This document shows, piece after piece, positions 9,291-18,360 of a DNA stretch of 35,473 nt. A program made the position numbers and the translations under genes. The notes under the pieces are model-generated. The model was not told the origin of the DNA. It worked only from the letters and a program-made list of their open reading frames with translations, and did no database searches. The first letter of the stretch is position 1, and each line of letters opens with the position of its first letter. Source of the stretch: Candidatus Thorarchaeota archaeon (GTDB taxonomy: Archaea > Asgardarchaeota > Thorarchaeia > Thorarchaeales > Thorarchaeaceae); NCBI GenBank assembly GCA_003345545.1, contig PRDH01000056.1:1-35473 (forward strand), written 5' to 3'.

Positions 9291-9708
9291 TCGGTATCAC
9301 ACCACCTTGATTGGCGAAACTAGTCTAGAGCAACTTTGAAGCAATAATCTACTCCTTGTTAAGGATGTTCAGACATGTGATAGGCTTACCTTCACCACGC
9401 CACAATGATTGATATCCTTGGTGCGATTTAAGCCTTCTCGGAAATGAGTCTGCACGGTTGCTTTGCCATGAAGTTGACCTGTCAAAGCAATAGACTAGCT
9501 GCTCTGGATTTACGACAATCCTTTTGTATAGGAGCATGATGGCAAGGACATCCCGTAACTCTGCAGGCTGAAAAACAGTACGAGTACAAGAGGGGTAGAA
9601 ATCGAGCTGTAAGGAGGCTCTCCATCCGAATCAGAATGTGGATGAAATCTGACTCAGAACTGCTGCAAAAGCAGGTCACAGGTAAGTCAGGTAGACGTAG
9701 GTGTTGCT

Positions 9709-11061
9709 TTGGTGTCGACAAAAGATAGGATTCGCTTAACCTCATCAGGCTCAAGAAGCCAAACACATTCGGCTGTTGTAGGAGAGGAGATTCTAAACAA
9801 CCTCGGAGTGGTTGATGGGATGAGTCATATCTCATACCCGAGCACTGGGGCTTGGAGACTCGACACTCTGTCCTTTGAGGAGAGCAAGATGACGAACCTG
9901 ATTCTCAAGCGGCCCGAAACTTCTTTTTTTTCCATCTCTGCTAGATTCGGCAATGAACATCTAACAGGTGAAACAATCTGCGAATTGTCAGATGGTACTC
10001 CAGCAATCACCATTGAGGACCAGACACTCAAGTTCGGATTCGATCCTTTTGCAATGTATATTGCATCTCTACATGAGGGGTTTCGGAGTAGCAGGATTAG
10101 TGCGCTCAAGCAGTCAGCGCTTATGGTATACTGGTACATGCCACCAGCTGTGAGGAAAGGAGTGAGTAGGTTTTCAAGGAGCTATGAAAAATCTCATGTA
10201 CGCAGTCTGAAAGATGTAGGTATACTCGGAATATGCAACAATGTGATAGTGCACCTGATAGAACAGCATATGCTCGAAATTGGATTGTTGAAAAGACACA
10301 CAGAATGCTCTTTTGCTGTTATCACACATGATATTGACACAGATTTCTGTCAGAAAGAGGGCAGGGAGCTAGTTGCATCAATAGAAGAAAAAGAGAATGT
10401 TAAGGCTACATGGTTTTTCGTCCCTAGGTCTGTTCAATATTCTTTGAATAAAAGAGGAGTACAGAGCTTAGCGGAGGAAGGGCACGAGATCGGGATGCAT
10501 GGCTATTCTCACAGTGGAAAACTTGCACTCTACAATGCCAAAAACCTTGCCAAGCAACTAAGAAAGGGCAAGAAAATCTTGGAGTCTACAGGAGCCGATG
10601 TGCAGTCTTTCCGGAGCCCATATACCCTGCGGTCACCACTCCTTCTCCCAACATTGGTAGATGAGGGTTTCAAGATCGATTCAAGCTATACAGATGCGAA
10701 AACGTTTGGCATGGCAGGTGGACTCAAGGGCTTGTCGTATAATAGACCTTTCAGGCCACCCAGCTGTCAAAACAAATCAATCTCTAAGCTTCTACCGCTC
10801 TGGGAAGTACCCATCACATGCCCTCAGGATGTTCATCTCATAGAGAGTCTAAGGCTTACGAATGAGCAGTTGCTCAAGATGTGGATCTACAAAGCAGACT
10901 TCTGTAAGGATTTTGGAGGCGTTCTTGTCCTTTTGACTCATCCAGTTCACATAGTCAAGCGCATTGATGCCTTTCTTCGCTTACTCAAGAACCTGAAAGC
11001 GAAGGGATTCCGAATCGTGCCTCTGAAGGATTTGCCGCATGTCACAGGGAAGGAGTGTTGA
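9709..11061 (+). CDS. Polysaccharide deacetylase (CE4/NodB) with N-terminal extension
   Basis: ITHDIDT, ATWFF, GHEIGMHGYSH, FRSP, DSS and LLTHP motifs all intact. Confidence 0.88.
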   Translation: MVSTKDRIRLTSSGSRSQTHSAVVGEEILNNLGVVDGMSHISYPSTGAWRLDTLSFEESKMTNLILKRPETSFFSISARFGNEHLTGETICELSDGTPAITIEDQTLKFGFDPFAMYIASLHEGFRSSRISALKQSALMVYWYMPPAVRKGVSRFSRSYEKSHVRSLKDVGILGICNNVIVHLIEQHMLEIGLLKRHTECSFAVITHDIDTDFCQKEGRELVASIEEKENVKATWFFVPRSVQYSLNKRGVQSLAEEGHEIGMHGYSHSGKLALYNAKNLAKQLRKGKKILESTGADVQSFRSPYTLRSPLLLPTLVDEGFKIDSSYTDAKTFGMAGGLKGLSYNRPFRPPSCQNKSISKLLPLWEVPITCPQDVHLIESLRLTNEQLLKMWIYKADFCKDFGGVLVLLTHPVHIVKRIDAFLRLLKNLKAKGFRIVPLKDLPHVTGKEC

Positions 11062-11549
11062 AAAACGGCAATAGAAAAAACAGAGCTTGTCGAATAGCCA
11101 GTATCGAGTCAAATCAGGAAGTATCTGAAATGACTACAAGCATCGTAGTCATGGGATTGAGATACAGGATACTGACTCAATTGTGTATTATTGGTACCGA
11201 TTTTCTGACAAAGCTGTTCTTCTTTGAGCAGGATCTTTCATCTTATTATCTAATTCGTGTGAGATTGATATCGATTTTCTGGCAAGCATGTCCCTATTTG
11301 AGAGAATCGTACAAATTAAGGGGCGGAGAATTTTCCTAGAACACTTTATTATAAGATATGTCTGCCGTTTCCGAGCCGGGTAAACTCGCAAATTGGAGAG
11401 AGATGCCCGCGGTACTGCACATATCGCGTGGAAGGGATGCGACTTACAGGAGAGACAGCGACAATCTAAGTGAGTTTGAGAACGCACTAGTAGTGGCATT
11501 GGTGTTCAGCAATTCGCATCTCACGCGAATCACCAAGGTGATTCCTGAG

Positions 11550-12746
11550 ATGTACAGAGGGATGAGAGTAGCGGTTATAGTACCTGCACACAATGAGGAG
11601 CGTCTGATCGGACGGACCGTCTGGCCCGTACCTGATACTGTAGACACAATATATGTTGTTGATGACGGTAGCAAAGATAGGACTGCTGATATGGTCAGGC
11701 ATTATGCAGAGTCTGACATTAGAATTCGGCTAGTACAACATCGTATCAATAGAGGAGTAGGAGCAGCCATTATCACAGGTTACCGTCATGCCTACAAGGA
11801 CGGACATGATGTATTTGTCGTTGTAGGTGGTGATGCACAGATGGATTGGCTTGATCTCGATAATCTGCTCAAACCCATAGCAGAGGGGACAGCAGACTAC
11901 ACCAAGGGTAATCGTTTCATGTATGGACATTCAAAGAACTCTCCAGGGAATGCATGGCGCGAGATGCCATCAAGAAGGCTTCTCGGCAACATCAGCCTCT
12001 CTGTCATGACGAAGCTTGCCTCAGGATATTACCACATAAACGACTCGCAGATGGGTTATACGTCAATGCATAGACGTGTGTTTCCTCTTGTTGAATGGAA
12101 CAATGCCCGCAAGGGCTACGGCTATCCAGCTGACTGGCTGATAAGGTTTCACTCACTGGGTGTACGTGTCCATGATGTCCCTGTTCGTGCGATATACTTA
12201 CGTAACGAGAGACAGACTCAAATCCGTGTAAGACGATTCGTTTTCTACATGATGGGCATCATTGTTAAAGGAGGCCTTGAACGCCTGAATCGGGAGTATG
12301 TGTTTGGAAGATGGCCTCTGCCAAAGATCTCGATGCCAATGATGGGCGTTCAAATTGGCAATCTCTTCAGACGCCTAAGCCTTGGAATTGGAAGTATGAG
12401 AATCTTGAACCGGATTTCGGGATTGCTTAGTTTCAGACGAATATTCAGTGGTGCCCGATCGTTACCAAAGATGCTCTTGCAGTCGGACGGGCTGAGGATG
12501 GCGCTGGGTTCGAAACAGAAAGAACATCCCCTCAACATATATGCTGGACATGTCAAGAACACCCCCATCCACTTTAGCGTCGGGAAGCAGGTTAACAAGA
12601 TTCTAAGGGGTGCCTCTCGCATTGTCTTTGAGAGCAATCTTCAGGGAGGTCAGACAAGTAACTCACTCGAGAACCTCCGAGCCAACTTTGAGAGATTCGG
12701 CAAAACAATACGGGATCGATTTTCAAAGACAGAAGCAACTAGTTAG
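11550..12746 (+). CDS. Glycosyltransferase family 2 (DPM1-like) with long basic C-terminal tail
   Basis: VAVIVPAHNEE, VVDDGSKDRT, NRGVGAA, GDAQMD, KGNRF, DSQMGY. Start placed at ATG 11550 (GGTGA at 11537-11541); the ORF is open back to 11358. Confidence 0.9.
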   Translation: MYRGMRVAVIVPAHNEERLIGRTVWPVPDTVDTIYVVDDGSKDRTADMVRHYAESDIRIRLVQHRINRGVGAAIITGYRHAYKDGHDVFVVVGGDAQMDWLDLDNLLKPIAEGTADYTKGNRFMYGHSKNSPGNAWREMPSRRLLGNISLSVMTKLASGYYHINDSQMGYTSMHRRVFPLVEWNNARKGYGYPADWLIRFHSLGVRVHDVPVRAIYLRNERQTQIRVRRFVFYMMGIIVKGGLERLNREYVFGRWPLPKISMPMMGVQIGNLFRRLSLGIGSMRILNRISGLLSFRRIFSGARSLPKMLLQSDGLRMALGSKQKEHPLNIYAGHVKNTPIHFSVGKQVNKILRGASRIVFESNLQGGQTSNSLENLRANFERFGKTIRDRFSKTEATS

Positions 12747-12918
12747 ATTGTATCCCTGGATTGAATGCGCATTTGCTGCATTCTCCAACAGCGTTAGTAG
12801 CAGTATTCCTTGATGACAGTGCGTGCAGCTCATAACACAAAGCACTGCAGTTAGGGCACGCAGTATCCTCAAGCCCTCTGACGTGAGCATTGCCAACATA
12901 TACGAACTGCAGTCCTAG
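12739..12918 (-). pseudogene. Orphan C-terminal fragment of an AmmeMemoRadiSam radical SAM (amrS-like) gene
   Basis: LGLQFVYVGN...GLEDTACPNC..LCYE...LSS.N.AT.A.G.C.KC aligns without gaps to the last 59 aa of the 18856..19902 product (33/59 identical by hand count). No homology visible upstream of ~12918. Confidence 0.75.
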
Positions 12919-12989
12919 GTGGAATGGTCGAAGAAGAATCACGGCTATGCGATGGCACTTGGAAAACTTGCGCAGCTCAGGTCTACTGC

Positions 12990-14201
12990 TTAGTTCTTGC
13001 GGTCGAGGGTGAAGAAGATCACCAGCGGTACTACAAGGATCAAAACAGACGCCAATACAAATGCGAAGGTGTAGCTGTGGCCACCAAGAGCCAAGAATGC
13101 ACCAAGGACCAATGGTCCTGAGGAATGTCCAACATCCATTATCGTGCTGAGCAGACCCAGAGCAGATCCCTTCAATGAAGGGTCTACCCTTTCGGTCACA
13201 AGTGGGGATGTTGTGGAATCGGTGGATGCAATCGCCAATGCTATCGGAATCACTAGAATGACCTGAAGAACGAAGTTGGTCACCGCCGAGGCTAGGGCGA
13301 CTAGGATACAGAGACAGCCCAAGCCGCCCACAATGAACGGGAAGCGGCTGCTTCTATCGGAAACTCGGCCAATGATGGGGCCTGCTATCAGTATGGTGAC
13401 TGTCAGGAGCGTGAACATCGGTCCTGCAAACCACTCTGGAATGCCCACGACCTCATTCCAGAAGAGAGGCATGAAGAACTCGTACGCACCATAGAGAAAG
13501 TAGGTGGCGGCCTGTGCTGCACAGATGAGCAGGACATCGCGCCTGATGACCTCCCTCGTTGGTCTTCGAGTGAGGGCCTTGTCGGGGATGCTCGTGGGCT
13601 CCGTGGCACCTTCAGTCCTCACCGGCATTATCATGGTCAGTGCCAAGACAGCCATGCCGAATAGCCCACAGACTAGGTAGATACCTCGATAGATGTCGAT
13701 TCCGAACGACTCAAACGCTGGCACTGCGAATAGGAAACCACCCAAGAGGGGTGCAATAGTGCGACCAGCACGCGTAGACGAGGAGTAGAGAGCCATCCGT
13801 TCTCCTCGTTGGTTTCCGAACCAACCTGCAACTAGTGCCAGAGCGACTGGACCTAGTATAGCAGTAGCGGTCCCGTGAATGAAGCGGACAACAACAAGCT
13901 GCAGAGCAGTGGATACCCAGAAGTACAGGAACGGCACAAACGCGAAGAGCCCGGCCGCCGCCCAGAGTAACATCTTGGGACCTTTGCGGTCCATCAGGAT
14001 TCCGATTGGAGCACTGACCAGAACGCCAGTGGCAGGCGAAGCAGCCCCTATCAAGCCCTTCTCTAGATCCGTGGCCTCAAGCCAAGACGCGAAATACGGA
14101 AGAACCGGAGACTTGGCCATTGTCGTACTGAATATGGCAAGTGCACCTAGAATACAGAGTAGCAGCATGTTGCGTGCTACCTGAGGTGAGTCTGTGCTCA
14201 C
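12990..14201 (-). CDS. MFS transporter
   Basis: About 12 TM; motif A GILMDRKGPK and GRVSDRSSR; start overlaps the chrB stop (GTGA). Confidence 0.9.
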   Translation of the reverse strand: MSTDSPQVARNMLLLCILGALAIFSTTMAKSPVLPYFASWLEATDLEKGLIGAASPATGVLVSAPIGILMDRKGPKMLLWAAAGLFAFVPFLYFWVSTALQLVVVRFIHGTATAILGPVALALVAGWFGNQRGERMALYSSSTRAGRTIAPLLGGFLFAVPAFESFGIDIYRGIYLVCGLFGMAVLALTMIMPVRTEGATEPTSIPDKALTRRPTREVIRRDVLLICAAQAATYFLYGAYEFFMPLFWNEVVGIPEWFAGPMFTLLTVTILIAGPIIGRVSDRSSRFPFIVGGLGCLCILVALASAVTNFVLQVILVIPIALAIASTDSTTSPLVTERVDPSLKGSALGLLSTIMDVGHSSGPLVLGAFLALGGHSYTFAFVLASVLILVVPLVIFFTLDRKN

Positions 14202-14740
14202 TTCATTGGCCCCACCTTGATAGTACGAGGCAGCCGTTCTCTGAGGTGCATGTGGAGCAAGCGAAAGGCATCCTCGCGCGATTTCCCTTCAGTCTTGCCT
14301 TTCATCTCCTTCCGGAGCGTCCTCAGCAGCAGGCCTACATATATGGAGTCACATATTATGAAACCTCTTTCGAGTGCCTGGTGATCGTTGTTACTCACGA
14401 AGGCAAGACCACTGAGGGTAAGCTCAACTCCCCGAGCCTCTGGTGTCTTGTCAATGTCTTTCTCGACATCAGCTCCGTGGATTATTGCAGCCATCTCGGA
14501 AAGGACAGGGTCATCCAGACCATAGTGGCCAATCAGCGCCTCGAATGTGCACTTGCCCTCGTGATGAGTAAACGGGATGTCCATATCAGGAAAGTCGAAA
14601 GGAGTGCCATCACCAGCACTCAGAGTAGTCCCGGGCCAGACCACGAACTTGAACTCTGCCTGTGGATCGACAAAGCGACGGATGAGCCAAGGGCAGGCCA
14701 CCCGGTCCACATGAACATGAGCACGCGTCACCCATTTCAT
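14198..14740 (-). CDS. chrB: Chromate resistance protein ChrB-domain protein (short ChrB/ChrF-like form)
   Basis: MKWVTRAHVHVDRVACPWLIRRFVDPQAEF...PFD...FTHHEGKCTFE...IIHGAD...PEARG. Start set at ATG 14740 (MKWVTR). Confidence 0.88.
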   Translation of the reverse strand: MKWVTRAHVHVDRVACPWLIRRFVDPQAEFKFVVWPGTTLSAGDGTPFDFPDMDIPFTHHEGKCTFEALIGHYGLDDPVLSEMAAIIHGADVEKDIDKTPEARGVELTLSGLAFVSNNDHQALERGFIICDSIYVGLLLRTLRKEMKGKTEGKSREDAFRLLHMHLRERLPRTIKVGPMK

Positions 14741-14798
14741 ACTGTTCACAGTGCCGGCAACGACACGGACGCTCATAAATTCAACGAGCCTGATTGGT

Positions 14799-15770
14799 CT
14801 ACCTGACAGCTGGTTCGTCAATCGTTATCTGCTTCTTGGTCGCGTCGAGGGTTGCCTTGCAGCCAATTGGCAAGACGTAATTCTCCACGTAGTGACCGAG
14901 CTCACCTATCTCAAGAACTGGGAAATCATAATCCCTAGTTTCCTCGAGAAAGGCATCACTGACTGGGCGACCTAGCTCTTTCTCCTCAAGTTCGCTGCCC
15001 TCAAACCATCCAAGGATTACGCCTGTGACTTGGTCAAATACCCCATGCAGCCGGAGAGCTGCAATGAAGCTGTTTGTGTGTCCCACATTGTCAGTTCCCT
15101 CGAGAAAGAGAACTGCGCCCTTGAAGTCGGGGCCGTAACCAGCCAGTATTGTATTGGCAAGAATCCTGATATGCCCTCCTACGAGTCGCCCTGTGCTTTT
15201 TCCCTTTCGAAGGCATCTCCACCCAGGGTATTTGATGTCACTCCTCAACTGGTGCTGCCAGTCTTGATTCGGTCGTAGTTCTATAGGCTTTCCATTGAAG
15301 AAGGTGCTCTTGATGTTCTTCTCAATCTGAGGGGACATTTTCTGACCGAAGGTATAGATGAGGTCTGGACCGTGAAACGTCACAAGACCGGTTCTAGCGT
15401 GAACTGCATTCAGCAGAACTGTCCCATCGGAGATTCCTGAGAATATCTTTGGATTGTCTCGAAGCATGTCATAGTCGATGCCATCCAAAAGTTGGTTTGC
15501 TGTGTTTCCTCCCTGTGCCATCAACACCCACTTTACTTCGGGATCTGCCCAGAGAGTGTGCAGGTCTTGCAGCCTCTCCTCACGAGTGCCGGAGCTGTAA
15601 TAGTACTGTCCAAGAGTGTGCTCTGCAACCTTAACATTGAGACCAAATGACTTGAGTTTCTCTACGCCTAAGTCAAACTTCTCACGCGTGTCTTGTGTGA
15701 CGGGCCATGAGGGAGAGAACACTCCAACAGAGTCGCCTGGCTGCAGTTTCGGGGGCTTGATTAGTTCCAT
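14799..15770 (-). CDS. Peptidase S66 (LD-carboxypeptidase / MccF-like)
   Basis: KPPKLQPGDSVGVFSPS, GG, GISD (catalytic Ser), TFHGP, GRLVGG, FLE (Glu), LGH (His), LPIG. Confidence 0.92.
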   Translation of the reverse strand: MELIKPPKLQPGDSVGVFSPSWPVTQDTREKFDLGVEKLKSFGLNVKVAEHTLGQYYYSSGTREERLQDLHTLWADPEVKWVLMAQGGNTANQLLDGIDYDMLRDNPKIFSGISDGTVLLNAVHARTGLVTFHGPDLIYTFGQKMSPQIEKNIKSTFFNGKPIELRPNQDWQHQLRSDIKYPGWRCLRKGKSTGRLVGGHIRILANTILAGYGPDFKGAVLFLEGTDNVGHTNSFIAALRLHGVFDQVTGVILGWFEGSELEEKELGRPVSDAFLEETRDYDFPVLEIGELGHYVENYVLPIGCKATLDATKKQITIDEPAVR

Positions 15771-15944
15771 ATGAGTTTCTCCTGTTTCCGGCTGTCTGCT
15801 AGTTGTCAGTGGTCACATTTGAGAGTTCTGTTTTCCTGATTCGGGGAAGAGGCTTGCTAGGCTTGAAATCATTCGAGAGGAGCTAATCCTTATCTCATCC
15901 TGTGTCTACTATTATGGGATTGTGGTCATTTGGAGGCCTGACGA

Positions 15945-16802
15945 ATGTCACTAGAATCAGAGCGGAGAATTCAGCTAAAATGTGATCACTGCGGAGCAAC
16001 ATATACGTACAGTTCTGAATCTATCAGTTCGCTTGGTTACGTGCAATGCCAGAACTGCGCATACAGAATCAATCTAGAAGGAGCCCAACCTGCTGGCACA
16101 ATGGCCATGCAGGAAAGGTATCAGATGCCAAGCAGTGCTGCAGAAACAGGCTGGTCAGAGTACTACATTCCATGGAAGAATCGACCAAGACCTATCAAGT
16201 ACGAAGCGCTCAAGTTACTTCTTCATGGGTTCGCCTATTCGCTAATTGGACTCGGTATGTACTTCGTGCTCATGATAGCATTGGTCGCATTTCTTTTCAT
16301 AGCTGGGATATTTGGCGTATTTCTCTTCTTCGGGCTCGTTGCTCTTGCAGTTGGTGGCATAAACATCTTCTTGTCATCAGCGATATGGTCCATTCGCTGC
16401 AGCAGCACAATAGGAAGTGTGGCGGCTCATGGGCTGTTCCTGTTCGGTGTGCTTCTCGTGACAGGCATCGCGAACTTCTCCTTTGTCTTCATCGGGGCGC
16501 TTGCAGGACCGTCATACTACTGGCCGATTCAAATACTCGGGATTGCGCTCTTCTCGTTTGTTGATGGCGTTGCATGCAGGACCGTGGGACTGATGTTTGA
16601 GGTCTCGAAGGAAGAGGAAAAGCAAGATAGTGGGCTAAGACATGCGAAATGTCCTATGTGCGGCTCCACATATGCATACGCAGTGTCCTCAATCTCTCAG
16701 GATGGAACGGTAGTATGCCAGAACTGCAACAAGGTATTCCCATTTGCGGCGCACTCGAAGCCGTCCCTCGACGCGCCCGTTGAAGGACTGGAGATCGCTT
16801 GA
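15945..16802 (+). CDS. Membrane protein with N- and C-terminal zinc ribbons (MJ0042-finger-like)
   Basis: CDHC-x18-CQNC and CPMC-x18-CQNC flank about 4 TM helices; GGAGG SD. Confidence 0.75.
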   Translation: MSLESERRIQLKCDHCGATYTYSSESISSLGYVQCQNCAYRINLEGAQPAGTMAMQERYQMPSSAAETGWSEYYIPWKNRPRPIKYEALKLLLHGFAYSLIGLGMYFVLMIALVAFLFIAGIFGVFLFFGLVALAVGGINIFLSSAIWSIRCSSTIGSVAAHGLFLFGVLLVTGIANFSFVFIGALAGPSYYWPIQILGIALFSFVDGVACRTVGLMFEVSKEEEKQDSGLRHAKCPMCGSTYAYAVSSISQDGTVVCQNCNKVFPFAAHSKPSLDAPVEGLEIA

Positions 16803-16840
16803 CAGTTGTCAGATTGGCGAGCAGTCACTCCTACATTTGT

Positions 16841-18127
16841 CTACGTGTCTTTCTTTGCGCCTCTTCCTGTCTCAGGGATTGTCAGGACCAAGAGTGTGGA
16901 AACACCCATGACTATCACTAGATAGAGGACTGAGTAGAAGTAAGAGCTTCCCACTCTGAACAGCTCCAGCAAGACTGTCCCAAGGAACCCACCAAGGTTG
17001 CCAAACCAGAACGCCAGTCCCGTGCTTGCGCCTGACAGTTCTGGTCCAACTGATTTCAGTTCCTCGACCACAGAGAGGGCTACTGGCATCACAGCGATCA
17101 GGAAGAATCCCAGAATCGCGGACGTGATGTATGTGAGCTCGAGTATTGTACTAGTACCTAGGACAAGAGTTGCAACTGTACCGACTACCATCGACATCAC
17201 AAGGAAGGGCTTCCTCTTCCGTATCTTGTCTGATATCCCTGGAACGATAACAGCTCCGAATATTCCGGCAACCAGCAGAAGAATCATCACAATGGCAGGA
17301 CTCCCCAGACCCGCAGACACCGGGAGCCCAAGGCTGATGAGCAACTCCTCAATGATTGCAGTCAGTCCGATGAAGATACCAAAGCCTGCAAAGAATCCGA
17401 GCGAGATGATCCACACATTCCTGTCTTTCAGCATTCGCCTGACACTCGGGGTCTGTTCTGCGAGTACATTAATGTCGGGAGGTTTTGGTGGTTTGTTTCG
17501 CGCGACAGCGAAGAAGAGCACAGTGAGAGCTAGGGCAGCCACGGCATCGATCTGAAGTATCCAGACCAGGTTCGCTTGAGCAAGGGGAACAGTATAGCCT
17601 GGTGCACCATAGAGGGGTGCATTCCAGAGAACCATGCTCAATGCAGTTCCCAAGAGCATTCCAAGAAGCATGAAGAGTGTGCCGACTCCAGTCGAGAGAC
17701 CTCGTTCACTCTTTGGGAACCAGCTGACGCTGAGATAGACAATGCAGTTTTGAATCATGACTGAACCGATCGAGAGTCCAAACTGGCATACGAATATCAT
17801 CGTGAAGTCGTTCACGAGGAATATTCTGAGTGCGCCGAAAATGGTCTGGATGACTGCACCTGTACCCGCCACCATGACAAGCCCTTTCCGGTCAGCCAGC
17901 AGGCCCACTGGTATGGAGAGAATTATGAATGCGAGAGGCTGAGACGCTGTCAGAAGAACAACTCCCGGGTCGCCAGGAGCGAGCCCGAGGACAGGCGTCA
18001 CCTCGTTTCTTATCAACGAGAATACAAGCCACATCATCTGGCCGACCATAAAGATCAGACCAAAGACCAGAAGAACAGCCCAACGATACCCATAGACTTG
18101 AGTCTTCTCAGCCTCATCCTGTGCCAT
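16841..18127 (-). CDS. MFS transporter (resembles FLVCR/SLC49-like group)
   Basis: VYGYRWAVL N-terminus, GLLADRKGL, WFPKSERG, KPPKPP, ISDKIRKRKP; about 12 TM; AGGAG SD before ATG 18127. Confidence 0.88.
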   Translation of the reverse strand: MAQDEAEKTQVYGYRWAVLLVFGLIFMVGQMMWLVFSLIRNEVTPVLGLAPGDPGVVLLTASQPLAFIILSIPVGLLADRKGLVMVAGTGAVIQTIFGALRIFLVNDFTMIFVCQFGLSIGSVMIQNCIVYLSVSWFPKSERGLSTGVGTLFMLLGMLLGTALSMVLWNAPLYGAPGYTVPLAQANLVWILQIDAVAALALTVLFFAVARNKPPKPPDINVLAEQTPSVRRMLKDRNVWIISLGFFAGFGIFIGLTAIIEELLISLGLPVSAGLGSPAIVMILLLVAGIFGAVIVPGISDKIRKRKPFLVMSMVVGTVATLVLGTSTILELTYITSAILGFFLIAVMPVALSVVEELKSVGPELSGASTGLAFWFGNLGGFLGTVLLELFRVGSSYFYSVLYLVIVMGVSTLLVLTIPETGRGAKKDT

Positions 18128-18360
18128 ATTCAATCTCTCCTAACTCAAGACGAATTATGCTCTGACTAATGAGGAAGTCCTGCCTAAATCAGTTCCGACT
18201 CATCACTTCCTGATCTAAATCACACCTCTAGACAGCAGGAGTGCACTCTGATGTCACTTGATGACGGCATCATGATGCATCAGAAGTAATCGCCTAGGGA
18301 AAGATGTTTAAGTTGTGCTGTGAGCAGTCTTGCATGGGGATGCAAGGACAGGGATAGAAG

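Noticed and set aside
9458-9490. TTGCTTTG/CAAAGCAA inverted repeat in the divergent intergenic region (also ATGACTAC/GTAGTCAT at 11130-11152)
   Set aside because: 8-bp arms only, single occurrences, no supporting context.
11055-11339. 94-aa ORF between the deacetylase and GT2, and other short intergenic ORFs (5775..5969, 9349..9537, 26986..27183, 32914..33102)
   Set aside because: No clear SD or motifs; they lie in AT-rich promoter-like DNA.
14141-14806. 221-aa ORF antisense to chrB, and similar long shadow ORFs (19123..19794, 16998..17555, 16046..16564)
   Set aside because: They overlap well-supported genes and have no recognisable motifs.
7193-15770. Peptidoglycan synthesis inferred from FemAB + deacetylase + LD-carboxypeptidase
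   Set aside because: No Mur ligases, MraY or PBPs in the window; these families have known non-murein roles, and the S66 gene is in a separate cassette.
18170-18215. GTGATGA...CTGA on the minus strand as a C/D box sRNA
   Set aside because: Only 7 nt separate the boxes and there is no C'/D' pair or guide-length segment.
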